A model generated the notes under the pieces. The model was not told where the DNA came from. It made no database searches and was given only the letters and a program-made list of their open reading frames with translations. The position numbers and the translations under genes were made by a program. A stretch of 64,000 nucleotides of DNA from Mobula hypostoma. Taxonomy: Eukaryota. Shown here piece after piece: positions 51,422-64,000 of this stretch (positions are counted from its first letter, which is position 1; each line of letters opens with the position of its first letter). Where the stretch lies: assembly GCF_963921235.1 (NCBI RefSeq), contig NC_086108.1:14260001-14324000 (forward strand). The letters are read 5' to 3'.

Positions 51422-54400
51422 CACAGTTATAAGTAGAGTACAGGAATAAACAAAATTTAAAAGAGACAGCACAGATTGAGAGAGGGGTTTGTAGACTGTG
51501 GGGTGCTGCGATTTCATAAATAGAGACATCGAGAAGGAGATGATGTTGGTCTGTGTAGAACACTGGTTGAGCCTTAGCTGGAGTTGCCCCTCAGGTCCCT
51601 TTTAAATCTTTCTCCTTTCACCCTAAATCTATGAGTTCTAGCTTTGAACTCTGCTACACTGAAGAAAAAATATTACTGCCCATTTTATCTACCATTAAAA
51701 TTTCATACTTCTCTAAGATTGCCCCTCATTCTCCTACATCCCAAGGAATAAAGACCTATCCTGGGGCTAAGCCAAAGACCCTTTTATTCTCTCTAGCCAC
51801 AGGCAATGTCCTGGGGGACTGGAGGGTAGCAAATGTTGTTCCATTGCTTAAGAAGGGAAATAAAGATACTCAAGGAATGTATTGGCTAGTGGATGTCATG
51901 TCAGAGGTAGGGAAATTTTTGGAGAGGATTTTTAATGATACAATTTATACACATTTGGAAGAGCATGACCCAAATAGGGGCAGTCAGCATGGCAGGTCAT
52001 GTCTTACTAACTTGGTTGAGTTTTTGAGGTAGTGACCAAGGTGATTAATGCTGCAGTGGTTAGTGGATGTTGTCTGCATGAACTTGAATAAGGCAAAGTT
52101 TTTCATTGTAGGCTGAATCAGAAGATTTGGATACATAGGGTCTATCTTGAACTGGTGAAAATTGGGTAAAATGTTGTTGGGTGGGTTAGTAAATTTTCAG
52201 ATAACACAAAGATTGGTAGAGTTGTGGATGTTTAATTTAAGCAAGTGTAAAGTGCTGTTCTTTACAAGGTCATGAGTCATACAACACAAAAAGGCCCTTT
52301 GGCCCAATTGATCCATGCTGTCCAAGATGCCCTTCTAAACTAGTCCAATTTGGCTCCATTTGGGCCATATCCTCCTTAACCTATCATATCCATGCATTTC
52401 TTCAAATACATTTAAAGTGTTGAATTACCTGCCTCAGCCACTTCCTCAAGCAACTCATTCCATATACTGACCACCCTCTGAGTGAACAAAAAGTTGCCCC
52501 GCAATTTTAAACTTCTCCCCTCCTGCCTTAAACTTGTACCCTCTAGTTCTTAGTTCATGATTTTATACTTTAGATCATTCCTCATTCTCCTACACTCCAG
52601 TGAAAACAGTTCAACCTGGCTCAGCCTTTCTCCAGAACTCAGTCCCTCAAGTTCAAGAACATAAGATTTAGGAGCAGGATTAGGCCATCTGGCCCATCGT
52701 GCCTGCTCCACCATTCACTAAGATCATGACTGATCTGGCCATGGACTCATTTCCACCTACCTGCCTTTTCCCCATAATCCTTAATTCCCCTAACTTGCAA
52801 AAAAAAACCCTCTCAAAAGAACCCTCCTCAAAGATTTCCTCTACACTTTTTCCAACTTACTGGTAACTTTCCTATAGCAGAGTTACTAAAACTGAGCAAA
52901 TCTTGTAGAACCACAACTAATATCCCAAATTCTGTATTCACTGCCCTGACTAATGAAAGCCAGTGCCCGAAGCTGCCTTGATCAGTCTACTTGTGATGCT
53001 ATTTTCAGTGAATGATGTACTTTTACTCAAAATGCCCTTCTGTTCTACAACACTCCTCAAACCTCCTGTGCTTGGTATGTCTTCCCAAAGTGCAACATCT
53101 TGCACTTACCCAAATTGCCATTCTTCAGCCCACATGCACAGTTGATCAAGATCTACCATTTTCATTCTCAATGACACTACCTATTTTAGTATCCCTTGTA
53201 GATTCTTATCCAAAATACTGAGATAGCTGACAAGTAGTAATGAGCATCGCAATGAATCCTAGTCATAGGCCTGCAGTCCGAAACCACTAGTCATAGGCCT
53301 GCGGTCCAAAAAACAAATCTCCCCCATCACCCTCTGCTTCCTATCCTCAAGCTAATTTTCTATCCAATTAGCTAGCTCTTGCTAGATCCAATGCAGTCTA
53401 ACATTCTATAACAGTCTGCACATGGAACGCTATCAAAAGGTCTTACTGATGTCTGTATAGGCCATGTCAACTGCCCTGCCTTCATCACCTTTCTTGGTTA
53501 CTACTTCAAAAAAACTCAATCCTAATCATGAGACAGGATCTCCCATGCATAAAGCGATGCTGACTGTCCCTAATCACCCCATGTTTTTCCAAATGCTTGG
53601 ATACCTTTTTCCTCAGAATCTCTTCTGGTAAATTGCTTACCACAGTTGTTAGGCTTACTGGTTTATATTCTGGTCGAAGTTCCCAGATTTTTCTTTGTAG
53701 CCCTTCTCAGATAAAGGCACAACATGAGCCACCCTCCAGTATTCCAGCACTTCACTCAATGCTAATGATAATGCATATATCCCAGCGAGGGCACCTGTAA
53801 TTTATTTAGAGTATATTAACTATATGCTCATCACTGAAGGAGATATAATTGAGTTGACATCTCTGACAAGGTCAGATGCAGTTGATCTAATAACAATAAC
53901 AACGGCAGTGATTTAAATCCATCAAATATAATTGCTTTTAAGCTCTTGTATCTCTCTAGAATGAAGCTCCACTGTGTAGGTAAGGTAAATAGAGAAGAAA
54001 ATAAAAGGAAAGCTTTCTGAAAAGATTAAAACCAATGATTAAATGTCAAAAGCAATAATATTGCTGGATGAGTGAGGGGAATAGAGGGAAGTTGTATGAA
54101 GTTGGTAGGCCTTGCCTCTTTTTTTTACAAACGTACAACAGTACAATATAGGAACAGGCCTTTGGCCTACAATGACTGTGCCAACCATCGTGCCAAATTA
54201 AACTAATCTCATCTGTTGTATATGGCCCCTGTCCCTCTATTCCTTGCCTGTTCACATATCTGTATACTTGCCTGTAAACATTGCTACCTGTATAGTTTCC
54301 CCTTAGATTTGACTACCCAAAATGTATTACCTCACTCTTATTGTACCTGAATTAACCTCCATCTTTCATTTCTCTGCCTGAATTTCCAGCTGGTTCATGT

Positions 54401-55133
54401 ATCCTTCTGTTTCCTTTGATAACATTCTTCCCTTCCTCTGTCTTCGCCAATTTTGTATAATAAACCAACTTATTAAATAGATCAGTTACATTTTCTCTAT
54501 TGTAAACTATCGAGGTCCCAGCAGTGATCCCTATGAAATACCACTGATCACTGACCTTCATCCTGAATAACACCCTACTACTGTGGTCCTTTGTCTTCCA
54601 TGGCAAAATCAGTTTTGGATCCAATTTGGCATCTTACTATAAATCTTATAGCATTTGTTGTTTTGGACCATCTTAGAGATAAAATTTGGTTTTGATGAAA
54701 AGTTACCCAGTTTTGTTTTTTGCTGGTTGAAGATGCCTCGTCCCAGTGCCTGTATCTTTCTACGTTTTAAAGCTTGTGTATCACATACTGATTAATTTTA
54801 AATACAGTGGGATTTTCTATATCTATCTCAATGAATTTCAGATCCCTACCACTCTCTCTCCTAGTTATTGATCTTTTTAGAATCATAGATGTGTAGCTCA
54901 CAAACAGGCCTTTCAGCCCAACTAGTCCATACCATAAGACCGTAATACAGGAGCAGAATTAAGCCATTTGGCCCATTGCATCAGAACCGCCATTCCATCA
55001 TAGCTGACTTATTATCTCCCTTCACCTAATTCTCCTGCCTTCTTCCCATAACCTTTGTCACCCTGACTAATCAAGAACCTAACAATCTCCACTTTAAGTA
55101 TACTCAATGACAAAACTGCTCACAGTACTCCAA

Positions 55134-55614
55134 TCTGATGGCATGAACATTGACTTTTCAAACTTCCGCTAATGCCCCACCTCCCCCTTGTACCCCATCT
55201 GTTACTTATTTATATACATACATTCTTTTTCTTTCTCTCCTTTTTCTCCCTCTGTCCCTCTCACTATACCCCTTGCCCATCCTCTGGGCTTTTCTCCCCC
55301 CTCCCCCTTTCCTTCTCCCTGAGCCTCCTGTCCCATGATCCTCTCATATCCCTTTTGTCAATCACCTGTCCAGCTCTTGGCTCCATCCCTCCCCCTCCTG
55401 TCTTCTCCTATCATTTTGGATCTCCCCCTCCCCCTCCCCCTCCCACTTTCAAATCTCTTACTAGCTCTTCTTTCAGTTAGTCCTGACGAAGGGTCTCGGC
55501 CCGAAACGTCGACTGTACCTCTTCCTAGAGATGCTGCCTGGCCTGCTGCGTTCACCAGCAACCTTGATGTGTGTGGCTTGAATTTCCAGCACCTGCGAGA
55601 TTTCCTCATGTTTG
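55134..55614 (+). mobile_element. Young Penelope-like terminal repeat with 13-bp TSD
   Basis: Starts in the ORF end (DGMNIDFSNFR*), followed by a pyrimidine-rich UTR and an intact hammerhead motif. TSD CACAGTACTCCAA/CACAATACTCCAA at 55121-55133 and 55615-55627. Confidence 0.88.
55479..55514 (+). ncRNA. Minimal type I hammerhead ribozyme motif (sense to host gene)
   Basis: agtc-CTGACGA-a-gggt(ctcg)gccc-GAAA-c-GTC-gact; predicted cleavage after C55510. Confidence 0.8.
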
Positions 55615-57225
55615 CACAATACTCCAAGTGCGGTTTGACCAGTGCCTTATAAATTCTCAGCATCACATCCTTGCTCTTATATTCAAGTCTTATCCATACA
55701 AATACAAACATTACATTTGCCTTCCTTACCACTGAATACTGCAAGTTAACCTTTAGGGAAACCTGCACAAGGCCTCCCAAGTCCCTTTGCACCTCTGATT
55801 TTTGAATTTTTTTCCCCATTTAGAAAATAGTCTATGCTTTTATTCCTTCTACCAAAGTACATGACCTTATACTTCCCTACACTATATTCCTTCTGCCACT
55901 AATTTGCCCATTCTCTCAATCTGTCTAAGTCGCTCCTTCAGCACTACCTGCCCCTTCACCTATCTTTGTATCATCTGCAAACTTGGCCAGAAAATCATCA
56001 ATTCTGTCATCCACATCACTGACAAATAATGTAAAAAGCAGTGCTCTCAACACTGACATCTGCGGAACACCACTAATCACTGGTAGCCAACCAGAACAGG
56101 CTTTCTCCATTCCCACTCTTTGCCTCCTGCCAGTCATCCAATCTTCTATCAATGCTAGATTGTTCCTGTAATACCATAGGCACTTACCTTCTTTAGCAGC
56201 CTCATCTGTGACACCTTGTCAAGAGCCTTATGAAAATCCAAATAAGCAACATCTGCTAACTCTCCTCAGTCTATCCTATCTGTTATTTCCTGAAAGAATT
56301 CCAAGAGATTTTTCAGGCAAAACAAATTTCCTGTAAGGAAATCATGTTGACTTTGGCCTACTTTATCATGTGTTTCCAAGTATCCCAAAACCTCATCATT
56401 AATAATGGGCTCCAATATCTTCCCAACCACTGAAGTTGGGTGCAATAGCCTACAATTTCCTTTCTTCAACCTCCCTGCCTTTAAGAGTAAAGTGACATTA
56501 ATGATTTTTTAGTCGTCTGGAACCATTTCAGAATCTACTGATTTTTGAACGATTATTACTAATCCCTCCACAATCTCTTCACCTACCTCTTTCAGAACCA
56601 TGTGGTGTAGTCCATCTGATCCAGATGAGTTATCTATCCTCAAGAGGTTTCAGGATCCTAAGCACCTTCTCCTTAGTAATAGTAACTACACTCATTAATG
56701 CCTCCCTGACACTCTTGAAAATGTAGCATACTGCTAATATCTTCCACAGCGAAGACTGATGCAAAATACTTATCTAGTTCATCTGCCAATTTTTTTGCAT
56801 CCCATTGCTACTTCATCACTGTCATTTTCCAGCACTCTTGCCTCTCTTTTATTCTGTATATATCTGAAAAAAAAACCTCTTTGATATCCTACTTTATATT
56901 ATTGACTAGCTTAACTTCATATTTCATCTTTTCCCTTCTAATGATTTTTTTAGTTGCCTTCTGTTGGTTTTTAAAAGCCACAGTTGCCTCATCATCCCTT
57001 TAGAATACCATTATATCTTTGGGATGTATCTATCCTGTGCCTTTTGAATTGCTCCCAGAAACTCCAGCCATTGCTGCTGCCGACGTCCCTGATAGAGTCC
57101 CCTTCTAATCAACTTTGGCCAGCTCCTCTCTCATGTTTCTGTAATTCCCTTTACTCCAGTGTAATACTGATATATCTGACTTTATCTTCTTCCTCTCAAA
57201 CTGCATAGTGAATTCTATCATATTA

Positions 57226-58655
57226 TCAGAATCAGGTTTATTATCACCGGCATGTGTTGTGAAATCTGTTAACTTAGCAGCAGCAGTTCAATGCAATACA
57301 TAATATAGAAGAAGAAGAAGAAGAAGAAAAAATAAGTAAATCAATTACAATACATGTATATTGAATAGATTAAAAATCGTACTAAAAAACAGAAATAATA
57401 TATATTAAAAAAGTGAGGTAGTGTTCAATGTCCATTCAGGAATCGGATGGTAGAGGGGAAGAAGCTGTTCCCGAATCGCTGACTGTGTGCCTTCAGGCTT
57501 CTGTACCTCCTACCTGATGGTAACAGTGAGAAAAGGGCATGCCCTGGGTGCTGGAGGTCCTTAATAATGGACACTGCCTTTCTGGGACAGCACTCCCTGA
57601 AGATGTCCTGGGTACCTTGTAGGCTAGTACCCAAGATGGAGCTGACTAGATTTACAACCCTCTGCAGCTTCTTTCGGTCCTGTGCAGTAGCCCCCCCCCC
57701 CCCCGCCCATACCAGACAGTGATGCAGCCTGTCAGAATGCTCTCCTCTGTACATCTATAGAAGTTCTTGAGTGTATTTGTTGACATACCAAATCTCTTCA
57801 AACTCCTAATGAAGCATAGTCGCTGTCTTGCCTTCTTTATAACTGCATCGATATGTTGGGACCAGGTTATATCCTCAGAGATCTTGACACCTAGGAACTT
57901 GAAGCTGCTCACTCTCTCCATTTCTGATCCCTCTATGAAGATTGGTATGTGTTCCTTCGTCTTACCCTTCCTGAAGTCCACAATCAGCTCTTTTGTCTTA
58001 CTGACGTTCAGTGCTAGGTTGTTGCAGCGACACCACTCCACTAATTGGCATATCTCACTCCTGTATGTCCTCTCGTCACCGTCTGAGATTCTAGCAACAA
58101 TGGTTGTATCATCACCAAATTTGTAGATGCCATTTCACCTCTGCTTATCCACACAATCATGGGTATAGAGAGAGTAGAGCAGTGGGTTAAGCACACACCC
58201 CTGAGGTGTACCGGTGTTGATCGTCAGTGAGGAGATGTTATCACCAATCCACACAGATTGTGGTCTTCCGTTTAGGAAGTCAAGGATCCAATTGCAGGGG
58301 GAGGTACAGAGGCCTAGGTTCTATAACTTCTCAATCAGGATTGTAGGAATGATGGTGTTAAATGCTGAGCTATAGTCGATGAACAGCATCCTGATTTAGG
58401 TGTTTGTGTTGTCCAAGTGGTCTAAAGCCATGTGAACAGCCATTGAGATTGCATCTACCGTTGACTATTGTGGTGATTGGCAAATTGCAATGGGTTCAGA
58501 TCCCTGCTGAGGCAGGAGTTCAATCTAGTCATGACCAACTTCTCAAAGCATTTCATCACTGTAGATGTGAGTGCTACTGGGCGATAGTCATCAAGGCAGC
58601 CCACATTATTCTTTTTAGGCACTTGTATAATTGTTGCCTTTTTGAAGCAAGTGAG
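57226..58655 (-). mobile_element. Rex1/Babar-like LINE RT and 3' end
   Basis: LFIDYSSAFNTI, EWCRCNNLALNVSKTKELIVDFRK and NFYRCTEESILTGCITVWYG motifs; TTCTGA tail. Confidence 0.9.
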
Positions 58656-58919
58656 AAGTTATGATCACAGGTTCCTTTACCTTGAGCTCTTTAATTAAAT
58701 CTAGTTCATTACACATAATATCCAATCCAGGATTATCTTTGTCCCAAATGGGCCCAACCACAAGCTGCTCTAAACGGGTATCTTGTAGGCATTCTACAAA
58801 TTCCCTCTCTTGGGATCCAGCACCAACCTGATTTTCCCCATCTAGCTCCTTGACTACTGTAGCATTGCCCTTTTGACATGCCTTTTCTACCTTCTGTTGT
58901 AATTTATAACCCTCATTCT

Positions 58920-59920
58920 GGAAAATTACAGGAGGTAGGGATTCAGAGTAAGGTGTGTGAATGGGTGTAGAATTGGCTCAAAATGAGAAAACAACGAGTT
59001 ACGGTGAGAGGATTATTTTCACACCTAGAAGATGTTCAAAGAGGAGTTACACAAGGATTGGTTTTGGGGCCGCTGCTGCTTTTAATTTACATTAATGGTT
59101 TGGATAAGTGCACAACAAATAAACTAGTAAGGTTTGCCAGTGACACAAAATTAGAGGGAACAGGCTAATAACATTCAGGCACAGTTAGATCTAAACAAAA
59201 TCCATATGTGGGCAGATAAGGCAGATGAAATTTAATGTAAGTAAATGTAAAATATTACATAAAAGTATTGATAGAAATATACAATTGAGGGGGTCTTGAG
59301 TTAGAAAGTGCACTTTATGACAAGGATTTGGGCATCCTGGAAAACTCATCACTATCAACATCTAGATAATGCACGGAAGTGATTAGGAAGGCTAATAGAA
59401 TGCTGTACTGTATAATGTGCTCAGTGGAGTTCAAGTCTAGAGACGTTCTCCTTAAGCTGTATAATGTGCTTGTGAGGCCACACCTTGAGCACCGTGTGCA
59501 GTTTTGGTCTCTATACTGTGTGAGCAATGTGAAGACACTGGAGGGAGTCCAGAGAATGGCAACTAGACTCTTTCCAGGTCTGCAGGGTATGAGTATGATT
59601 GAAAGACTTAAATCTTTGTAGCCTAAATAGATGTAGAATTGAGAGGAGATATGGTAACATGATAGCATGATAGAAGTGTCCAAAATCATTAAGGGTATAA
59701 GTAAAGTGGATGACAGCTGCACTTTAAAATTAATCCGTCATCAAGGAATCATGGATGGAAAATGGTTAAAGGAAGATTTCAGACTCATATCAGGAAGCAT
59801 TTCTTTACACAGTGAGTTGTGGACACGTGGAACAAACTGTAGGTTGTGTAGTTGAGAGTAGTACCTTGGAGTCTTTCAAATCCAAACTCAATAGTTATTT
59901 CAACACACTATCTGAATAGG
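58920..59920 (+). mobile_element. CR1-like LINE RT/3' fragment (distinct AT-rich subfamily)
   Basis: GVTQGLVLGPLLLLIYINGL...FASDTKL and LYNVLVRPHLEH..QFWS motifs. Confidence 0.85.
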
Positions 59921-59959
59921 AATTTGTTGGGCTGCTCTTGTCAAAAACTTTCTAATGTT

Positions 59960-60700
59960 CTAATGTCATTGGTTCCAATATATACCATGACCTTTGGCTG
60001 CTCACCTTCCCTCTTGAGAATCTTCTGCAGCCTCTCTGAGACATCTTGGACCTTAGCACCTGGGTGGCAACACACCATCCTTGCATCTCTTTCGTGGCCA
60101 CAAAATCTGTAATCCCTCCCCCTATCTAGTCTCCTATCACTGTCACTCTGCCTGGCTTTGCCCTTCTTTGCTGAGCCTGAGAGCCAGTTACAGTGCTACT
60201 GTCCTGGCTGCTGCTGCTGTGCCTGATAAGTCCTTCCTCCACTGCATGCCCCCCCCCACCCTCCAGCAGTATCCAAATGGGTATGCTTGCTGCTGAGGTG
60301 AATAGCCACATGGGAACCTTGTGCTGACTGCTTCTTCCCTTTCTTCTCCTGGTGGTTACCCATTGCTATCTGAAGTGAGACCAGTAAAAGTCTCATCTTT
60401 GAGGTTTTCAGCCTTCTGGATGATTCTGACTACATCTAGCTCCAGCTTTATGTAAGTAAATCTAAAGTATTACATATAGGAATTAGTTTATCAGTCGGAA
60501 CTGAAGTTGGTTGCACTTTCTGCAGATGTTGTCATCAGGAAAACTATAAGGTACCCTGAAATCCCGCTCTCACAGGGGAAGCATTTGACTGCCTGAACTA
60601 CCATCTTTCCAACCCCTGTAATACCCCTAACTTCGCAAGCTTACGTGAGTTCTAGCCTGTGTCTGTTCTCACCGAAGTCTGCTGAGCCGAACTTTGGCCA
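59960..60700 (-). mobile_element. CR1 ORF1/5' fragment
   Basis: VTVIGD motif and similarity to 11936-12560. Confidence 0.65.
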
Positions 60701-61525
60701 CTCCAACAATAGCTGCTCCACTTGCACCTTGGTTCTTTTTTAATTGGCCCCTACTGAGTCATTAAGAGATCATTATGATTGCATCCTGCTGAGAAGTTTC
60801 AAAAGGCGGAAGCCCTTTTTACATCTTGCACTGCTTCACCAATGAATGTCTTCTCATGATGATTGCAGACCGCTGAAAATTTAACAAGATTCCATCTAAG
60901 CTCAACACATTTTCTTGTGATTGACATGGATTCCTGTACCTTCCTACTTGCCCGAGTGTCTTATAAATGTTGTTAATGTACGTTCCTCAAGCACTTCCTC
61001 TGGGAGCTCGTTTCATGTACCCACTATCCTCTATGAAAATAACTTATTTTACAGGTTCCTATCAAATCTCTCCCCTTTCACTTTAAACCTATGTCCTCCA
61101 TGTTCTTGGTTCCCTAATCCTAGGAAAAAGACTGTGCATATTTATTTATTGACCCTCTCTTTGCCCCTCATGGTTTTGTACAGCTCTATAAGATCACCAT
61201 GCTTCTACTTTCCAATGCATACAGCTTCTGCTCAACATCTCTCCTTAACTCAGTCTCTCAAGTCCAAGCAAATTTCCTCTGCACTCTTCCCAACTTAATG
61301 GCATCTTTCCCATAGCAGGGCGAGCAAAGTGGAACACTGTAATCCAAATGCAGCCTTGTACAAGTGCAAAATAACATCCCAAATTCTATACTCAGTGCCC
61401 TGATTGATGAAGGTCTGTGTACGAGGCAATTTCTTCTCTGTACTGTCTGCCCATGATTGAAATGAGCGTTTGCTAAGAGAAACAGTACTTTCCATCGATT
61501 CCAGGCATGTTACTTATAAATGGAT

Positions 61526-62110
61526 AATAAACACAAAATAATCTGCAGATGCTGTAAAAGATCAAAGCAACACTTTCAGTACGCTGAATGAACTCAGCAG
61601 ATCAGGCAGCATCAGTCAGAAACGATGAGTGGACGTTTCGGGCCGGAACCCTTCATCAGGACTGAAGAATGAAAGATGGGGAAGGATTTGAAGAATGCAG
61701 GATCTCCCGGTAGCCACCCACTTCAACTCTGCTTCCCATTCCCATTCATATATGTCCATACATGGCCAGAGGAGCAACACCTCATATACTGTCTGGGTAG
61801 TCTCCAGCCCCTTGGTATGAACATAGAATTCTCCAACTTCCGGTAATTCCCTCCCCCTCCCTTCCTCTATCCCTATTTCACTCTACACCTCCCCCAGCTC
61901 CCTCATGGTTCCGCCTCCTTCTTCTACTACCCATTGTTTTCAGGGCTATGACGTCAATGCTTCCCCTCCCCCACCCCTTTGTCTTTCCGATTACTGGTCT
62001 ATCCACTGACGCTACAAGCATTCTTCAAATCCTTCCCCATTCTTCAGTCCTGACGAAGGGTTCCGGCCCGAAACGTCGACTCATCGTTTCTGACTGATGC
62101 TGCCTGACCT
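61526..62110 (+). mobile_element. Penelope-like 3' fragment with inverted terminal-repeat copy and 13-bp TSD
   Basis: EEQHLIYCLGSLQPLGMNIEFSNFR* remnant; about 61590-61698 is an inverted copy of about 62018-62110; TSD CTTATAAATGGAT at 61513-61525 and 62111-62123. Confidence 0.88.
62046..62081 (+). ncRNA. Minimal type I hammerhead ribozyme motif (sense to host gene)
   Basis: agtc-CTGACGA-a-gggt(tccg)gccc-GAAA-c-GTC-gact; predicted cleavage after C62077. An antisense partner lies at 61628-61663. Confidence 0.8.
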
Positions 62111-64000
62111 CTTATAAATGGATGCATCTCATTCTAATCTTCCCTCAGTTCTAAAGAAAACAACTCTGCTGTAGCTATTCTCTGCTAAGCTATTCAGGCC
62201 TGACAATATCTTAAATGTCCTCTCTACTTGGTGTCCTCTCTCACACCTAAACTTCCATTCTGTAATATGGTGATCACAGAAATGCACAGTACTGCAGCTG
62301 TGGTCTAGTTAGAATTTTACAGCATACAAACATGCTCCCTTTGTCAAAAAGGAGGAATACCCCATACATCTTCAAGTTACTTCAGGAGGAACATAGGGAT
62401 ATATTTTACCTGAACATTCAATATAGTCACATGAACCAAAATTATATTAGATGTATTAACAGGTTTGAAGGTGGATAAGTTGAGGTATTGTAGTCAGCTG
62501 TGAAAGGTAAGGAAGGAGATTGCTGGATCTTTGGCAACATAAGAGGTGTCGAGAACTCCAAATCTGGTATCTTTATTGAAGAAGGTAACAGGAGCTAAGC
62601 CAGTTATTACAGCTGTAATATCAGTGGTAAGGAAATCAGTAAAAAAAAACATTTTGCGGGACAGCAATCATCTGCACTTGATAGATGGAGATTTAATTAA
62701 GGATACTCGATTGAGGTCTTGACTGATAAATTTGGCTGAATTTTTTAAATGCTCAAATAAAGTAGGCAGTCAGTATCTTTTTCCCTGGGTTGAGATGTCT
62801 AAAATTACAGGGTATATGCATTTAAGATGAGATGGAACAAGCTCAAAGCAGATGTATAGCACGTGTTTTTTAACATAGAGAGTGGTAGATGCCTTATGTG
62901 TGCTGCCAGGAGTAGTAGTGCAAGCCAAATATGATGGAGGCATTTAAGAGTGTCAGAAATAGACACTGGAATGTACAGAGGGGATATCGACATTGTTTAG
63001 ATAGGAGCGATATAGGCATTATGTAGACAGGAAGGGTACGAGTGTTCTTTAAGCAGAAGGGATCAGTTAGGTTAGGAATTTAATTAATAGTTTAATTTAC
63101 TCAGCACATCGTGGCCTGTTCCTGTGTCATACTGTTCTCTGTTCTAAAGAAGTCCTATGTGTATGATTGAGTGTAGTGTTAGTAATGTATTTCAGATGGA
63201 TTTCAATTGTCCAACTTGGGAGACTAGTCCAGAGGGTAAGAGCCTGTTAGATCTAGTGCAATATGAATTACGTGGAGATAGTTTCACCTTAGGTTCAGCA
63301 CACTGGTACCGCCCGGGGAGGGACATGGGAGAAACAGTCAGTGCAGGTTACCCTGTGGCTGTCCTGCTCAATAATAAGTATATTGGTTTGGAGAAGGGTC
63401 TTGGCCCAAAATGTAGACTACCTAATAATTTCCATAGACCTGCCTGACCTGCTGAGTTCCTCCAGCATTTTATGTGTGTTGCTTTGTTTTGGATACGGTT
63501 GCGTGGGTCAACCTAGCTGAGGAAACTCACAGCAGTCAGATCTCGGGCACTGAGCCTGGCTCTGTGATTCAGAAGGGAAGAGGAAGAAGAGGTGAGAAGT
63601 AGTGATAGAGGATTCGTTGGTTATGGGAACATACAGGAGGGTGTGCAGAAGAGAACAAAGTTCCCGGATGATATTCATTGTTCATTGACTATATTTAAGA
63701 GGGAGTTAGATATGGCCCTGGTGGCTAAAGAGATCACGGGGTATGGAGAGAAGGCAGGTACAGGGTTTCTTAGTTGGATGATTAGCCATGATCATACTGA
63801 ATGGCGGTGCAGGCTCGAAGGGCCGAATGGCCTATTCCTGCACCTATTTTCTATGTTTCTATATATTGCCTTCCAGGTGCCAAGATCAGGGACATCTCAG
63901 ATTGAGCCTATAGCATAATTAAGAGAGAGGGTGAGCAGCCTGAGGTCATGGTCCACTTTGGTACTAATATAGGCAGGAAGGCTGATGAGGTCCTGCAAAG

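Larger units (their letters stand above)
54935..58915 (-). mobile_element. CR1 LINE ORF2 to 3' end, interrupted by Penelope-like (55134-55614) and Rex1/Babar (57226-58655) insertions
   Basis: SGVPQMSVL...AKFADDTK, QHDF...NLLEFF and YKALVKPHLEYC motifs. Confidence 0.88.

Noticed and set aside
39256..64000. Next channel exon (IS4, LRTLRAVRVLRPLKLV)
   Set aside because: Not found in the ORF track or by reading; presumably beyond the window, though a short exon could have been missed by eye.

Overview
This is vertebrate genomic DNA. The repeat mix (CR1, Penelope-like, Rex1/Babar, Gypsy, L1, hAT) suggests a cartilaginous fish such as a ray; that is inference only. The only host coding sequence I can support is two small + strand exons (38560-38665 and 39116-39255) of a Cav2 voltage-gated calcium channel alpha-1 subunit, best matching CACNA1E (domain I, S1-S3). 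The first of these is preceded by a U12 branch site and an AC acceptor, so everything upstream appears to be a minor-spliceosome AT-AC intron over 38.5 kb long. Everything downstream of the second exon appears to be another intron over 24 kb long. These introns are mostly nested, decayed transposons: many CR1 LINEs, Rex1/Babar and L1 3' fragments, a decayed Gypsy provirus, several solo LTRs with target-site duplications (TSDs), two hAT-Charlie derivatives, a probable Helitron 5' end, SINEs and a tRNA-Glu/CR1 chimera. The most notable signal is a set of Penelope-like terminal repeats carrying minimal type I hammerhead ribozyme motifs. Two intact copies lie on the gene's sense strand, and several insertions are fold-back structures, including a 91-bp near-perfect hairpin. 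There is also a minisatellite that grew out of CR1 sequence. Nearly all ORFs in the supplied track are transposon remnants or spurious. Repeat boundaries without a TSD are approximate, and family names come from recognised motifs, not database searches.
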